Made by a program: the position numbers and the translations under genes
Assembly: GCA_951406725.2 (NCBI GenBank)
Contig: OX597831.1
Coordinates: 41,850,001-41,914,000, forward strand
Reading direction: 5' to 3'
DNA length: 64,000 nucleotides
Source: Octopus vulgaris
Lineage: Eukaryota
Shown here: piece by piece, positions 26,897-38,312 of the stretch
Layout: each line of letters begins with the position of its first letter
Numbering within the stretch: the first letter of the stretch is position 1
The notes under the pieces: generated by a model
What the model was told of the DNA's origin: nothing
What the model saw: only the letters and a program-made list of their open reading frames with translations
The model's database searches: none

Positions 26897-29800
26897 ACAT
26901 AACTTGCCTCCTTGCATTACTTTACCATCACATTAATTGGCCTTGTGCCATCACAGTAACATAGTACTCCGTTCCATTTCTACCACATAAACAATAGTCA
27001 TTAACTCAAATTTTTTTTCAGTTTGTGTTAGATATTTTCTTCAGCTTGTTAGGATAGTCTTCTCTTTTTTGGTGAACTAATTTACACGTATTCTGTAGAA
27101 CATACATACATACATCGTCGTCGTCATCATCATCTCATTTAACATTTATTTTCCATGATGGCATGGATTGGACAGTTTAACAGGAGCTGAAAAGCTATCC
27201 AGGCTCCTTGTCTGTTGTGGCATTGTTTCTACAGCTGGATGTCCTTCCTAACACCAAACACTCTACAGAGTGTACTTGGGTGCTTTTACACAGCACAGTC
27301 ATGGGAGCATTTATGTGACACTGATAAGGGTGATTTTTATGTGACACCAGGATCCATGAGCCCGCAAGATTAGGAATGCTCAGCTGGAGAGGGTTGCAGG
27401 GGACAAATCTGTATACAAGGACAATCATGCTTTTACTTAGCTTGGCATGTCTTCTCAAGCACAGCAAACCACCAGAAGTCTCAGTCCCCTTTAATCCCCT
27501 CTGTAAGTCCCAACATCTGTAGATCCTTTCTCACCACTTCGTCCCACATCTTCCTGGATCTACCCCTTATACATGCTCCCTCTACAATTAGAGATCAGCA
27601 TCTCTTGATACATTCATTCATATGCATTACATGCCCATACCAGTGCAGTCTTCTCTCTTGCACACTACATCTTATGCTATGTACACCCAGTTTTTCTCTC
27701 AAATTACTTACACTCTGTTGTAAATGCACACTGACATTACCCATCCAGCAGAGCATGCTGGTTTCATTTCTTTCAAAGCTTTGCATATCCTCTGTAGTCA
27801 CAGCCCATGCTTCACTGCCATGTAGCATAGCTGTTCATTCACAGGCATCATACAATCTGCTTTTCACTCTGGGGGAGAGGCCCTTCGTAACTAACAGAGG
27901 TAGTAGCTTTCTGAACTTTGTCCTGCCTATCCTTATTCTGGCAGCTATGCTTTCAGAACAACCTCCCCCACTATTAACTTGGTCACTTAAGTAATAGAAA
28001 CTGTATACTCCTATTTTCTGTACATTCCTGGTGTTTAATGTACATGCACCTCTGCCACATGTAAAGATTACTTCCTCTGTTAGTCTTCCATTAATACTGC
28101 TGCACCTCTTATATGTCCATAGCTTGCACTGAGTACACAATATGGAGTTTCTCCCAACACCTTTTCTATAAATCAAGCAAGCCCATCTCCCTGAATGGAT
28201 CTGTGATTTGTCTGTTTTCCTACTTATCAAGATTTTGGTCTTCTAATTTAATTCTAAGGCCCTTTGATTCCAGTCTGTGCTTCCATACAAGAAATTTCTT
28301 TTCTAGTTTTTATAGTGATGATACAAACATATACATATACATATATATACACACATACACATGCGTATATATATATTATCATGAGATATATTATTATACT
28401 ACTATTAAAGCCAATATGTTTCTCTCATGGTAACTAACACAACATCCACTTTTAAACAGGGTTAAATATTACCCATACATACATACATACATATATATAC
28501 TAGCTGACGTACCTGGTAATTCCTGGGAAAGTGGGTTTATCCCTTGGTTATGTTCTCATAATTTTTTGCTAATCCAATAACAATACAAAGTATGTAGCCC
28601 TTAAAATGGTTTTTGTGCATTTACAGAGAATACCAAACATTCTTACACAGGATCTTGTTTTTAGGAATTCCCAATAAGTTATGAATACTCAAATTGTGAA
28701 GTCGGTTATGTAATAACATGAAATTAGTTACCCGATAGTAAGAATTCAAATAAAGTTGCCCCCCAAAAGAGCTTTAATGCATTCCCAGAATATATAGAAC
28801 ATAGGAAGAAATACTAATAAGGTATGTATACAAAAATCATACAGCATGTTACATAATAACAGGCTAATCAGATATGAGATAATAATTCAAAGTAAATAAT
28901 TCTGGAAAGGGCTTTTGTGTGTTCCCAGAGAATATTACCCCCAGGGGCACTAGTGTTGGTATATTTGTGAACAAGTTACTAATCGAAATAAGTGGATCTA
29001 TTGTTTAGGAATACACTATTTACTTGTTTAAGGGTTGTACTGGATAAATTTCAAAAATAACTCTAACAGTTCAAATACTAAGAAATAAGCATACTCAATT
29101 TCATTTTTACCAAATAATTTAGGAAAATGAATGGGTTATTTCACTTGGCTATATATAAGGATCCCTTCCAGGGGCAAATGGGTTATTTCCCTTGGCTTTT
29201 AAAATAAAATATAGTAGATATATAAGGATCCCCTCCAGGAGCCCTTTTATCGAATGTTTCAACAATCTGAGTATGCCATGAGGTTTCTATACATTTCTAC
29301 TCACATGTCAAGTTTCATCAAAATTGATAAAATGATGTGGGAGGAGTTAGCTAACAATGCCACAAACACACCTACAGACAGAATGTAGCGTGTGTATATA
29401 TATCTAATTAATAAAGACAGCAGGGTGCAATGTTTTACCAAAAGGAAAAACTATAATTGTCACTAAATATGACAAGGGTGTTAGAACACTTACATTACTA
29501 GAAATAAGAGCTAAAAAGTTCTAATGCTGTAGTTAAAGCACATAATTGTATAGATATGTACTGACAAGGACTGTAATCGCCTGAAAGCACCAGTCAAGAG
29601 TTCCCTATACTGACCAGTCAGTTTCAGCTAATTCCATAGACTCATCAGTAGGGACCACTTGACTCAGCTGATTCCAGACTTAATTCTCTGTCAGTAGTTA
29701 CATATGTATCCACCATAAAAATCTATGGATGATTTAGTAAATCACTAATGTGTATATAAAAAAAAATTAAGATAAACAGCCATGTGCAATGTTTTACCAA

Positions 29801-30697
29801 AAACAAAAACTATAACTGTCACTAGATATAACTAGGGTATTGGAACATGTGTGTGTAACCTATATAGTAGACTAGCAGTATTGCCCGGCGTTGCTCGGGT
29901 TTGTAAGGGAAATAACTATAAAGCATTTTTAGAGAGTTATAGCAAAAAAAATAGCAAAAAAAATGGGAAAAAAATTATGGTAAATTTTTTTTTAGGGTTA
30001 AAAAGGTCGAGTTGCATCCTCTAGACAGTCTGTGGCTTGTGTTTCTGATTCTCGACCCCATGTCGAATTTATCGATTTTCAGAACTGGGGTAACTTTTCA
30101 AAATTTTCACTGCGTTAGTTTTGAATTATGACATTGGGCTATGTGTGTGTCAAGTTTCATCAGAATCGGTTGAAAGCCGTGGTCAGGGTGAGGGTACAAC
30201 CTGACAGACACACAGGCACACACACAGACAAACTGCCGTTTATATATAGAGAGATATATAAACAAGGTTGATTTAGCTATTTCTCCATAGATTGAGAAAT
30301 GATGAAAAGCCTTAATTGGTTTTCAAACCTTCCTGGCATCTCATCAGAGTTGTTTACATCAAACTGAGCAATGAGCAGCCAATCTGTTTATAGCAGCTGG
30401 CTGTATTTGAACACAGAATGCATAGAACTAGAAAAGATACTATATGGAGTATTTCATTTCATGTCATAACAATTCCCTCAACCCACACCTTCTTGATTGA
30501 TACTCTGTTGTTAATCTTATGCTAAAATGATGAGTAGCTAAAGTTGACCTCAGTGAGATCTGAACTCAGAGAGCTGAGTCACAAAAGACACTGCAAGCAT
30601 TCTTGCCAACAAACTAAGAAATCTGCCACCTCACCGCTAGACTATCAAATGTACATGCGTGTGTGTGTGTGTGTGTGTGAATGCACACATGTATGTG

Positions 30698-30741
<44 letters not shown>

Positions 30742-30789
30742 AACACTCACATGTGTGTTGTGTATAAATAAATACATATAAATAAATAC

Positions 30790-30833
<44 letters not shown>

Positions 30834-30850
30834 ATATACACACAGACACA

Positions 30851-30898
<48 letters not shown>

Positions 30899-33427
30899 TA
30901 CATAATATATAACAGTAAGATAAAATAGATATTTGGTTTCTATTATGGCAGAAATGAATGATGCATTTTCAAGTGTAATATTAGTAGTTATTAATAGGAA
31001 CCATACCTTTCTTTCTTTCTCTCTCTCTCTCTCTCTCTCTTTATTTATTTATTTATTTTTTTTTTTGATACTATAAATATTATATTTGCTATCTTTCAGG
31101 AACAACAAGTGTCAAAGACACACTCAGCTGTATCACTGATAGATGTGACACAGGCCAAGTAACAAATGCTGTACTACTTCAACATACTTTATCTGATGAT
31201 ATTTATCCCACACCCCGCTATACCAGTCTATACCATTCATACATTCGAAATGTCAACTATGCCATTTGACACTGCTGCTGCTGCTCTCACTGTTGTTGTT
31301 ACAGTAGTAGTTGCAGTTGCTAGTGCTGCTATGGTTGTTGTTGCTTAGGTGTAGATGAGCAGACACCATAATCCAATATGTTCCTGTATTGACCACCCTG
31401 TGTATGAATTTCTTTCTCTTTCAAAAATAAGACAATGCAAGTGAGAGCTGTGATGCATCTTAACCAAATAAAAGGATTTCGAATCTAAGCATTGGGCTGT
31501 CTTAGTAGCTTTATAGGCCCCTGGGCAAATCTATACACTGGGCCCTACAGCATTTACTTATTGACAGCAAGCTACAGCATATATAGTTCAGAATAAATCC
31601 CCCAGATCCGTGGGGCCTCTGGGTTACTGCCCAGTGTGCCCATACCTTAAGACGGTACTGACTAAATACACGGACTTAAATTACAGTCAGCAGGATTAAA
31701 GACACTTAATCTGATACCAGTAGTTTACTGGAACCTTACTTATTTTATCAAATATTAGAAAGGTAAAGTCAAATCTAGTGGACATTGAACTCAGAATATA
31801 AAAAGAACCTGACTTAATAGTGCAAGATCTGCCCAACTCTTAACTGATTCTGCCAAACCACTGTTCTGCAACCAGATGAAATAAATACTTCCTTATTAAG
31901 TCAACAAGGGTGCTTCTACATAGTCATTCAATCTACAAGAAGGAGCAGGCAAATCTCCTATAAATCAGACACTATTGTGCAAACAAAAAGAAGTGCAAAT
32001 TAAATAATTTGACTCTATATACATTATCTTGGGAAACAATAAAAGTGAATGGTCATAACTGGATTGCTTTAAAGTAAAGATCTACTCAATTATGTCCTAT
32101 CTAGGATTAAACACCAAGTTGTGTATATCGAACATGTAATTAAAAAATTTAGTTTCTGTCTGAACTTCCTTTAGTCTTTTTCAGCATATGTGTACAAATG
32201 AACTGATTTCAATTTTGTTTTAACAACAATAAATCTCAATAAATCCTGTTGCCATAGGAAATTTGTTGACATAGTAGAAGTAAAACCATAAATCTTTGAT
32301 GTGTATGTGCGTTTAAGGGAGTGTGTGCATGCATATGCCTAATACATACACATATGAAAACATAAACACACACATATATTATACTTACATACAGACATGT
32401 ATTTATGTCAATCACCCCCCATTCTACTCTATAATAATAACTGACAGATAAGTAATAAAACACATGCAGAAAAAAAGAGAGCACACATACATATACATAA
32501 TACATACATGTATGTGTGTGTGTGTGTGTGTGTGCACGCGCGCGCGCGTATGTATGTATATACACAGACACACGCATTCGCACATACACTTTGATGAAAG
32601 GACACACAGAAAGTTTATAATGAAAAAAAAAAGCTGTGGACACATGTTTATACCTGTTTGCATGTGTATGTGTTAGTCACTCTGACAAACACATCTATTG
32701 GATTTTTGGATCTTTTCCTTTTGAACGGCACATGTCAACACAATTTCTAGTTAACTAGACACTTTTAAATTTCGTATACTGGTAGAATGTGTTTATAAAA
32801 CATCATTTTTTCTTAGCTTTACTGAGAAAATTCTATAGGTTGTAAGATATTTCGTCTGAAATTTCGAGCATTTCGGCAATTTTAACCAATCAAATTTGTC
32901 CATTTAGTTAAATAACATTCCGTGCTGTATGAATACATCCCTCCTTTAAGAAACAGATTGGGTTTATTTACATTTGTGAAGAAAAAAAGATACCTTTCCC
33001 CAACCCCTAACCCTAAATCTAAAATAGATTGAAATGCAATAGATCGATACTAGGGCCATAATTATGGGTGACATTTTCATTTGACACCGCTAGAAAAAAA
33101 TCCCATTTTCCGTAGCGGTGTCTAGGGGAAAAAAAAAAACGAAATGGTCACAGCTTGAAAGCTTTTCGATCAGCAAGTTTGGTTGCCGTAAATAAACCAT
33201 GGGCTAAACAACAACAACAACAACAACAAAAGAAGAAGAAGAAGAAGAAGAAGAAGAAGAAGAAGAAGAAGAAGAAGAAGAAGAAGAAGAAGAAGAAGAA
33301 GATGATGAAGAAGAAGATGATGAAGAAGAAGAGAAAGAAGAAGAAGAGAAAGAAGAAGAAGAAGAAGAAGAAGAAGAGAAAGAAGAAGAAGAAGAAGAAG
33401 AAGAAGAAGAAGAAGAAGAAGAAGAAG

Positions 33428-33458
<31 letters not shown>

Positions 33459-33674
33459 CAAAGTAGGTAAGCAGTGGGATGAAGAAAGTGAAGAAGAAAA
33501 GGAAAGAAAAAAAAAGAAAGACAGAATAAAAGAAACAGAAAAGGAAAACGATGAAGAAAAAAAAAGGAATTACTTGAAAGAATATTAAAAATAAATAACT
33601 ATATATTTACCTTCAGTAGGTATAACTACAGAAAGTATACAAATCACAGCAAATAGGATCACTTTCGTTTCCAT
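673..33674 (-). CDS. ITGB: Integrin beta subunit, 5' part of a spliced gene (9 coding exons, 810 nt = 270 aa in window; continues beyond left edge)
   Basis: Manual splicing with consistent phases gives [270 protein letters not shown]. Integrin-beta motifs: PSI cysteines, QPQ..L.LRP, VDLY.LMDLS.SM, GFGS.VEK, D.PE.GFDA.MQ..VC, IGWR. The paralog cannot be assigned without a search. Confidence 0.95.
864..1973 (+). mobile_element. Degenerate Tc1/mariner-superfamily transposon (maT/Tc1-like), interrupted by a SINE
   Basis: TIRs cagggtgttcaggccaaatttgat / atcaaatttagcctgaattctctg with TA flanks; transposase remnants [16 protein letters not shown] and [13 protein letters not shown]. Confidence 0.75.
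1007..1227 (-). mobile_element. tRNA-type SINE family A
   Basis: 14-bp TSD ctgttagctgactt (993-1006, 1228-1241); homologous to copies at 45520, 59155 and 60021. Confidence 0.85.
2243..3440. mobile_element. Tandem trimer of a ~240-bp TTAA-type (piggyBac-like) MITE; middle unit interrupted by a LINE fragment
   Basis: Three homologous units (2243-2477, ~2478/3005-3195, 3196-3440) joined at gttaacc/ggttgacc junctions; a fourth copy at ~35896-36516. Confidence 0.65.
2496..3003 (-). mobile_element. CR1/L2-type LINE 3' fragment
   Basis: ORF 2654..3037(-) has the RT C-terminal signature [16 protein letters not shown]...SFK; (TTA)n tail. Confidence 0.8.
3544..3630 (-). CDS. ITGB: Integrin beta coding exon 8 ([29 protein letters not shown])
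   Basis: gaaatccag|CAAATG...TGTGAA|gtaagt; 87 nt, phase 0 to 0; lies inside listed ORF 3484..3690(-). Confidence 0.96.
4562..4634 (-). CDS. ITGB: Integrin beta coding exon 7 (specificity-determining loop: [25 protein letters not shown])
   Basis: cttttactcag|GTGTTC...TTCTCT|gtaagc; 73 nt, phase 2 to 0; C..C...Y.Y.HV..L motif. Confidence 0.92.
5360..5397 (+). ncRNA. Minimal type-I hammerhead ribozyme motif
   Basis: cugu-CUGACGA-acg(ggaa)ugu-GAAA-cucugag-UA-acag. Stem II has a GNRA loop, stem III is palindromic, and stem I extends into a ~38-bp inverted repeat (5326-5432). Confidence 0.7.
5466..5750 (-). mobile_element. SINE family B copy (CpG-decayed)
   Basis: Alignable by eye to 36002-36375, 58124-58410 and 59685-59995. 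Confidence 0.75.
5955..6243. mobile_element. Mariner-type MITE
   Basis: TIRs gtgcattcaaaaagtatctg / cagatactttttgaatgcac in a TA context. Confidence 0.65.
7579..7681 (-). CDS. ITGB: Integrin beta coding exon 6 ([34 protein letters not shown])
   Basis: tctctacag|CTAAAG...ACAAT|gtaagt; 103 nt, phase 1 to 2; IT..F.LGFGS.VEK motif. Confidence 0.96.
8640..9000 (+). mobile_element. RTE-like LINE 3' remnant (related remnant at 52960-53260, minus)
   Basis: ORF 8769..8972 contains GRPK...LASDRTLWR, typical of an RTE ORF C-terminus. Confidence 0.6.
9027..9158 (-). CDS. ITGB: Integrin beta coding exon 5 (start of beta-I domain, MIDAS loop [16 protein letters not shown])
   Basis: ctactttcag|GAAAG...ACTTG|gtaaga; 132 nt, phase 1 to 1; lies inside listed ORF 8875..9333(-). 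Confidence 0.96.
11137..11218 (-). CDS. ITGB: Integrin beta coding exon 4 (hybrid: [27 protein letters not shown])
   Basis: ctatttcag|AATGAA...AGACCCA|gtaagt; 82 nt, phase 0 to 1; QPQ..L.LRP motif. Confidence 0.93.
12948..13331 (+). mobile_element. Non-autonomous Helitron
   Basis: 5' TC, 3' hairpin ccgagcaacgccggg then CTAG, inserted between A and T, no TSD; near-identical copy at 29872-30254(-). Confidence 0.8.
14184..14573 (-). mobile_element. SINE family C (tRNA-like head, internal microsatellite); other copies or fragments near 12742-12930, 13550-13795, 24855-25190, 25400-25755, 40925-41282, 44570-44890, 48600-48815, 57630-57850
   Basis: Recurrent sequence gttccgggttcagtcccactgcgtggca...gacggaaactgaaagaagcc...cttagcggttcggcaaaag...aaatgactgaaacaagtaaa. 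Confidence 0.85.
16117..16547 (+). mobile_element. MITE with GGATC termini, 8-bp TSD and internal (TTAGGG)n
   Basis: TIR ggatcttttcagtttgaacggcagtttt / aaaactgctgttcaaaccgaaaagattc; TSD gatttatc/gatttgtc. Confidence 0.85.
18478..18588 (-). CDS. ITGB: Integrin beta coding exon 3 (PSI end: [37 protein letters not shown])
   Basis: cattgtag|GTATTC...ATCAAG|gtataa; 111 nt, phase 0 to 0; RCD...L....C...I.NP motif. Confidence 0.93.
18663..19227 (-). mobile_element. Internally deleted mariner transposon
   Basis: TIRs ttgggttgtccggaaagttc / gaactttctagacaacccaa; minus-strand remnant [24 protein letters not shown]...[15 protein letters not shown] (mariner YSPDLAPSD motif). Confidence 0.9.
19525..19895 (+). 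mobile_element. RTE-associated SINE or LINE 3' end with (GAT)n tail and internal ~60-66-bp tandem repeats
   Basis: Ends ccaacccatgctagcatgg...ggacgttaaacgatgatgat; the same tail occurs at 9235-9440, 24245-24355 and on the RTE fragment at 27115-27260. Confidence 0.7.
19907..20108 (+). mobile_element. Short mariner deletion remnant
   Basis: Imperfect TIR gtgctgtaaagttcctggcttt / aaagccaaaaacttttcagtac; C-terminal remnant [12 protein letters not shown]. Confidence 0.55.
20356..20560 (+). mobile_element. RTE-type LINE extreme 3' fragment with C2H2 finger
   Basis: [20 protein letters not shown] embedded in a (TATG)n array. Confidence 0.55.
21151..21227 (-). CDS. ITGB: Integrin beta coding exon 2 (PSI: [26 protein letters not shown])
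   Basis: ctctccccag|GTACA...GATGAG|gtaagg; 77 nt, phase 1 to 0; PSI C..C...C.WC.D pattern. Confidence 0.93.
23911..24200 (+). mobile_element. SINE family B (alternative tail)
   Basis: tRNA-like head ggcgcaatggcccagtggttagg...ggtttcgattccc with A/B-box-like motifs. Confidence 0.85.
24385..24666 (-). mobile_element. SINE family B (alternative tail), inverted relative to 23911-24200
   Basis: Reverse complement of the neighbouring copy. Confidence 0.85.
27115..28310 (-). mobile_element. RTE-clade LINE 3' fragment (degenerate)
   Basis: ORFs 27835..28230 and 27595..27828: [16 protein letters not shown]...RLYDAC / MLHGSEAWA...RRLHWYGHV; 3' UTR with (GAT)n tail. Confidence 0.88.
28500..29403 (-). 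mobile_element. Older Helitron-like element
   Basis: CTAG plus decayed hairpin (cctggtaattcctggg) at 28500; far end has the aagtttcatcaaaat...cacaaacac.cctacagacag motif resembling the other Helitron 5' ends. Confidence 0.5.
29405..29850 (-). mobile_element. Hammerhead-containing partial tandem repeat (~358-bp period), retrozyme/Penelope pLTR-like
   Basis: A ~85-bp direct repeat at 29407-29490 and 29765-29848 flanks the hammerhead at 29602-29654. Confidence 0.6.
29602..29654 (-). ncRNA. Type-I hammerhead ribozyme motif (Penelope/retrozyme-like)
   Basis: Minus strand: UCCCUA-CUGAUGA-gucuauggaauuagcu-GAAA-cugacuggucag-UA-UAGGGA. Perfect 6-bp stem I, complete core, near-palindromic stem III, GUA cleavage triplet; stem II imperfect. 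Confidence 0.8.
29872..30254 (-). mobile_element. Non-autonomous Helitron (same family as 12948-13331)
   Basis: Reverse-complement match along the full length, with TC and hairpin-CTAG termini. Confidence 0.8.
31490..31660. mobile_element. hAT-like MITE remnant
   Basis: Imperfect TIRs gggctgtctta / taagacggtactg with internal gggcccc/tgccc motifs. Confidence 0.45.
33205..33458. repeat. (CAA)n/(GAA)n microsatellite; another (GAA)n(GAT)n at 18246-18345
   Basis: Direct sequence. Confidence 0.95.
33611..33674 (-). CDS. ITGB: Integrin beta coding exon 1 (signal peptide [21 protein letters not shown])
   Basis: ttctttcttccag|A-ATG...GAAG|gtaaat. Hydrophobic signal peptide; phase-1 end matches the next exon. 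The acceptor just before the ATG implies an upstream non-coding exon. Confidence 0.85.
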
Positions 33675-33919
33675 TCTGGAAGAAAGAAGAAACGTGAGAG
33701 AATTAAGAAAAGAATAAACGAAAGAAAGTGTAGGGGAAAACAAAAAAAATAACGTTTATCAAAAGAAAATAATTTCTAAAGAACTTGATAATTGTGGTAG
33801 GGTATTTCTTTCAAATCTCTAACTTGTACATGTATACAAGAACCTATCTCTATGCAGATGAGATTTAGGGAGCTAGTTTTCGCTCACACCTTCTTTCTAC
33901 TGTCCCCTCTTTCTCCCTT

Positions 33920-35575
<1,656 letters not shown>

Positions 35576-36001
35576 ATATATCTTTACTTATATATGTATA
35601 CTCAGTTACGCAGGCATACCACATACACATACACGCACAAATTATACACATAGCATACACACAAACGTGTGTGTGTGTGTGTACAAGCTTATACATACAC
35701 ACATACATATGCATGCATACATTAACAAAATACATATTTACAAACCAGGCCTATACAAACACGACATTTGCGATTAGTTTTAAGAAAAATAAAATAAAAA
35801 CGAAAGAGAAAAAAGAAAAATATATTGAACTCTCTAGATATCAGGTATCAACAAAGCATAAATCCAGTAAGTCTTTTATTAGTGTCACTTTAACGTTAGC
35901 CCCTTGTCCTGTGTCGTACGCAGGATATATTTCTCTGGTGTCTATGTATCACATATGATATGCATTTCTAATTTTGTTTTTGCAACCACCTGAGTAACTG
36001 A

Positions 36002-36375
36002 GGAGGAAGCACTCCGTCGGTTACGACGATGAGGGTTCCGGTTAATCCGAATCAACGGAACAGCCTGCTCGTGAAATTAACGTGTAAGTGGCTGAGCACT
36101 CCACAGACACGTGCACCCTTAACGTAGTTCTCGGGGATATTCAGCGTGACACAGAGAGTGACAAGGCCGGCCCCTTGAAATACAGGTACAACAGAAACAG
36201 GAAGTAATAGTAGTGAAAGAGTACAGCAGGGATCACCACCATCCCCTGCCGGAGCCTTGTGGAGCTTTTAGGTGTTTTCGCTCAATAAACACTCACAACG
36301 CCCGGTCTGGGAATCGAAACCGCGATCCTATGACTGCGAGTCCGCTGCCCTAACCACTGGGCCATTGCGCCTCCA
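36002..36375 (-). mobile_element. Full-length young SINE family B nested in a TTAA-type MITE
   Basis: 12-bp TSD ctgagtaactga (35990-36001, 36376-36387); intact tRNA-like head; CpGs retained. Confidence 0.9.
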
Positions 36376-36554
36376 CTGAGTAACTGAAAGGACTTATGAA
36401 AGGAAAGCTTTATATTTATTAATCAGAATGTATGAAACAAAGGCTAATTAAAATTTTGAAAACAAGTGGACGTTTAGGGCAAACTTATGAAAATGCTTTA
36501 GGTAATCAAAGGGTTGCATGTAAGCGCGTATTTTTAATTTTGGATAAATGCTTA

Positions 36555-37065
36555 CCGTAAATCCTCGAGTATAGTCCGCCCTTGAGTATAATACGCAGGG
36601 GATTTTTAGGGAGCTGTACCTCTGAAAACCCTAAACCGTGTGTATAATACGCACCCCCTCTCTACCTTGAGTCAAGGAGGTCTATATAACGTCCTTGGTT
36701 TGTAAAAATGTATAGGGTAACGTCCTTTATTATTATTGTATATATAACATAATGCAAACATGTAGCTTTTTGTGCATTTTGTTGGCAGAAAATAAAGAAA
36801 TAACAGTAATAATGTTTAATAAATGTTGCTTACTACAAGTTATGGATGATTCTTTTATGACTTCATTGCTTTAAGGCTTAGCTTAAGGTATTTTCGCGTC
36901 CGACATCACAAAATGCGTCTGAATAAACATTGCTGGACAGCAAATAGAGACTCGGACATTGCTTAGAAAATAATTTTCATTTTTAACCTCGTATATAGCA
37001 CGCACTAGGGATTTTGACCTTTAAATTTTGGTGAAAAAATGCGGATTATACTCGAGGATTTACGG
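36555..37065. mobile_element. Tc2/pogo-type MITE
   Basis: TIR ccgtaaatcctcgagtata / tatactcgaggatttacgg with TA TSD; subterminal gtataatacgca repeats. Confidence 0.85.
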
Positions 37066-38312
37066 TATATAAAAAGCTAACATATAGCAAGGAAGAATCT
37101 TTAGCCTGCCAGACAGAATAAACCTGTTCTATTTATTTCCTACTCATTGTTGTTGTTATATATATATATAATGTATTGAGTATTAAAGGAAGTAGTGAGT
37201 ACTTAGTATGAAAGATTAAGAAAATGAGAGAGACTGAAAAAACGTGTTAACGATACGAGATACTTTATTAGACTGCCGTTGTTGTACAAGGTATTTGTTG
37301 TGGCGGGAAACTTACTGAATGTCCTTGTATCAAGGGAGACAATGGGCAACGTTGATCATGTTTGTTGTGATGATTACATAACACTCATTACGCTTTGAGT
37401 TCAAATTCCGCTGCGGACGGCTTTGCGATTCATCCTCCCCATATGAGCTTTGCTGTCCACGAGAAAGGCAAGAGCCAATACCTTTGGTTCCAGTGCTAGC
37501 GCAGAACAAACAGGGATGAAACTAATATCATTAGGTATCTTGTCTAAGCTTCTAATTGTCTCACTTGCCTTGAACTGCTGCTTTATTTAACAGACCTTTA
37601 AAGGAGGAAAGGCCAAGTTGGCTATTGCAGGATTTGAACTCTGAAAGCAAGTATTTAGAACGGTCGCTGTAAGGCATTCTGTCTGATTCTTTCATAACCA
37701 AGTCAATTCCCTGCCCTTAAATGTATGTGTGCATGTGTGTGTGCATGTGTGTGTGCGTGTGTGTGTGTGTACTTGTGTGCATATTTTTGTGTGCTCATAC
37801 TCTAAGATACACACAACAAACACATACACATACACACACGCATATGCAAGCAGACACACATGCACACAAACAGATACGAACACACATGCACACAAGCACA
37901 TGCACATACACTAACATGCAGACACATGCAGACACAAACACACACACACATGCACATACACATACACAAACGCATACATACAACAAACAGATATATACAT
38001 GCACACACGCAACGAATACATACACACGCCTATTCAAATACATACACACACAGGTACACAACAATGACACACACACACACACTAAATATACACAGCATTT
38101 ATTGATAAACACCTGTAACATTCTCAAGTTAAGTGTATTTGCTTGTTTTGCTTTATCCTGTGACAGGTTTTGCCTGTTTTCTTTAGAATCCTGCTGGCAA
38201 TCAAAGATGTTTTGGTGCTACTTTAGCGTGCAGTCTACTGCAGTACCTGTAATCTAGACTGAAATAACCTGTTCTCAGTGAGATTAGAGCTAGGGTCTAC
38301 GGTCGAGGTTAC

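Noticed and set aside
33155-33466. Poly-Lys / poly-Ser ORFs
   Set aside because: A (GAA)n microsatellite within intron 1.
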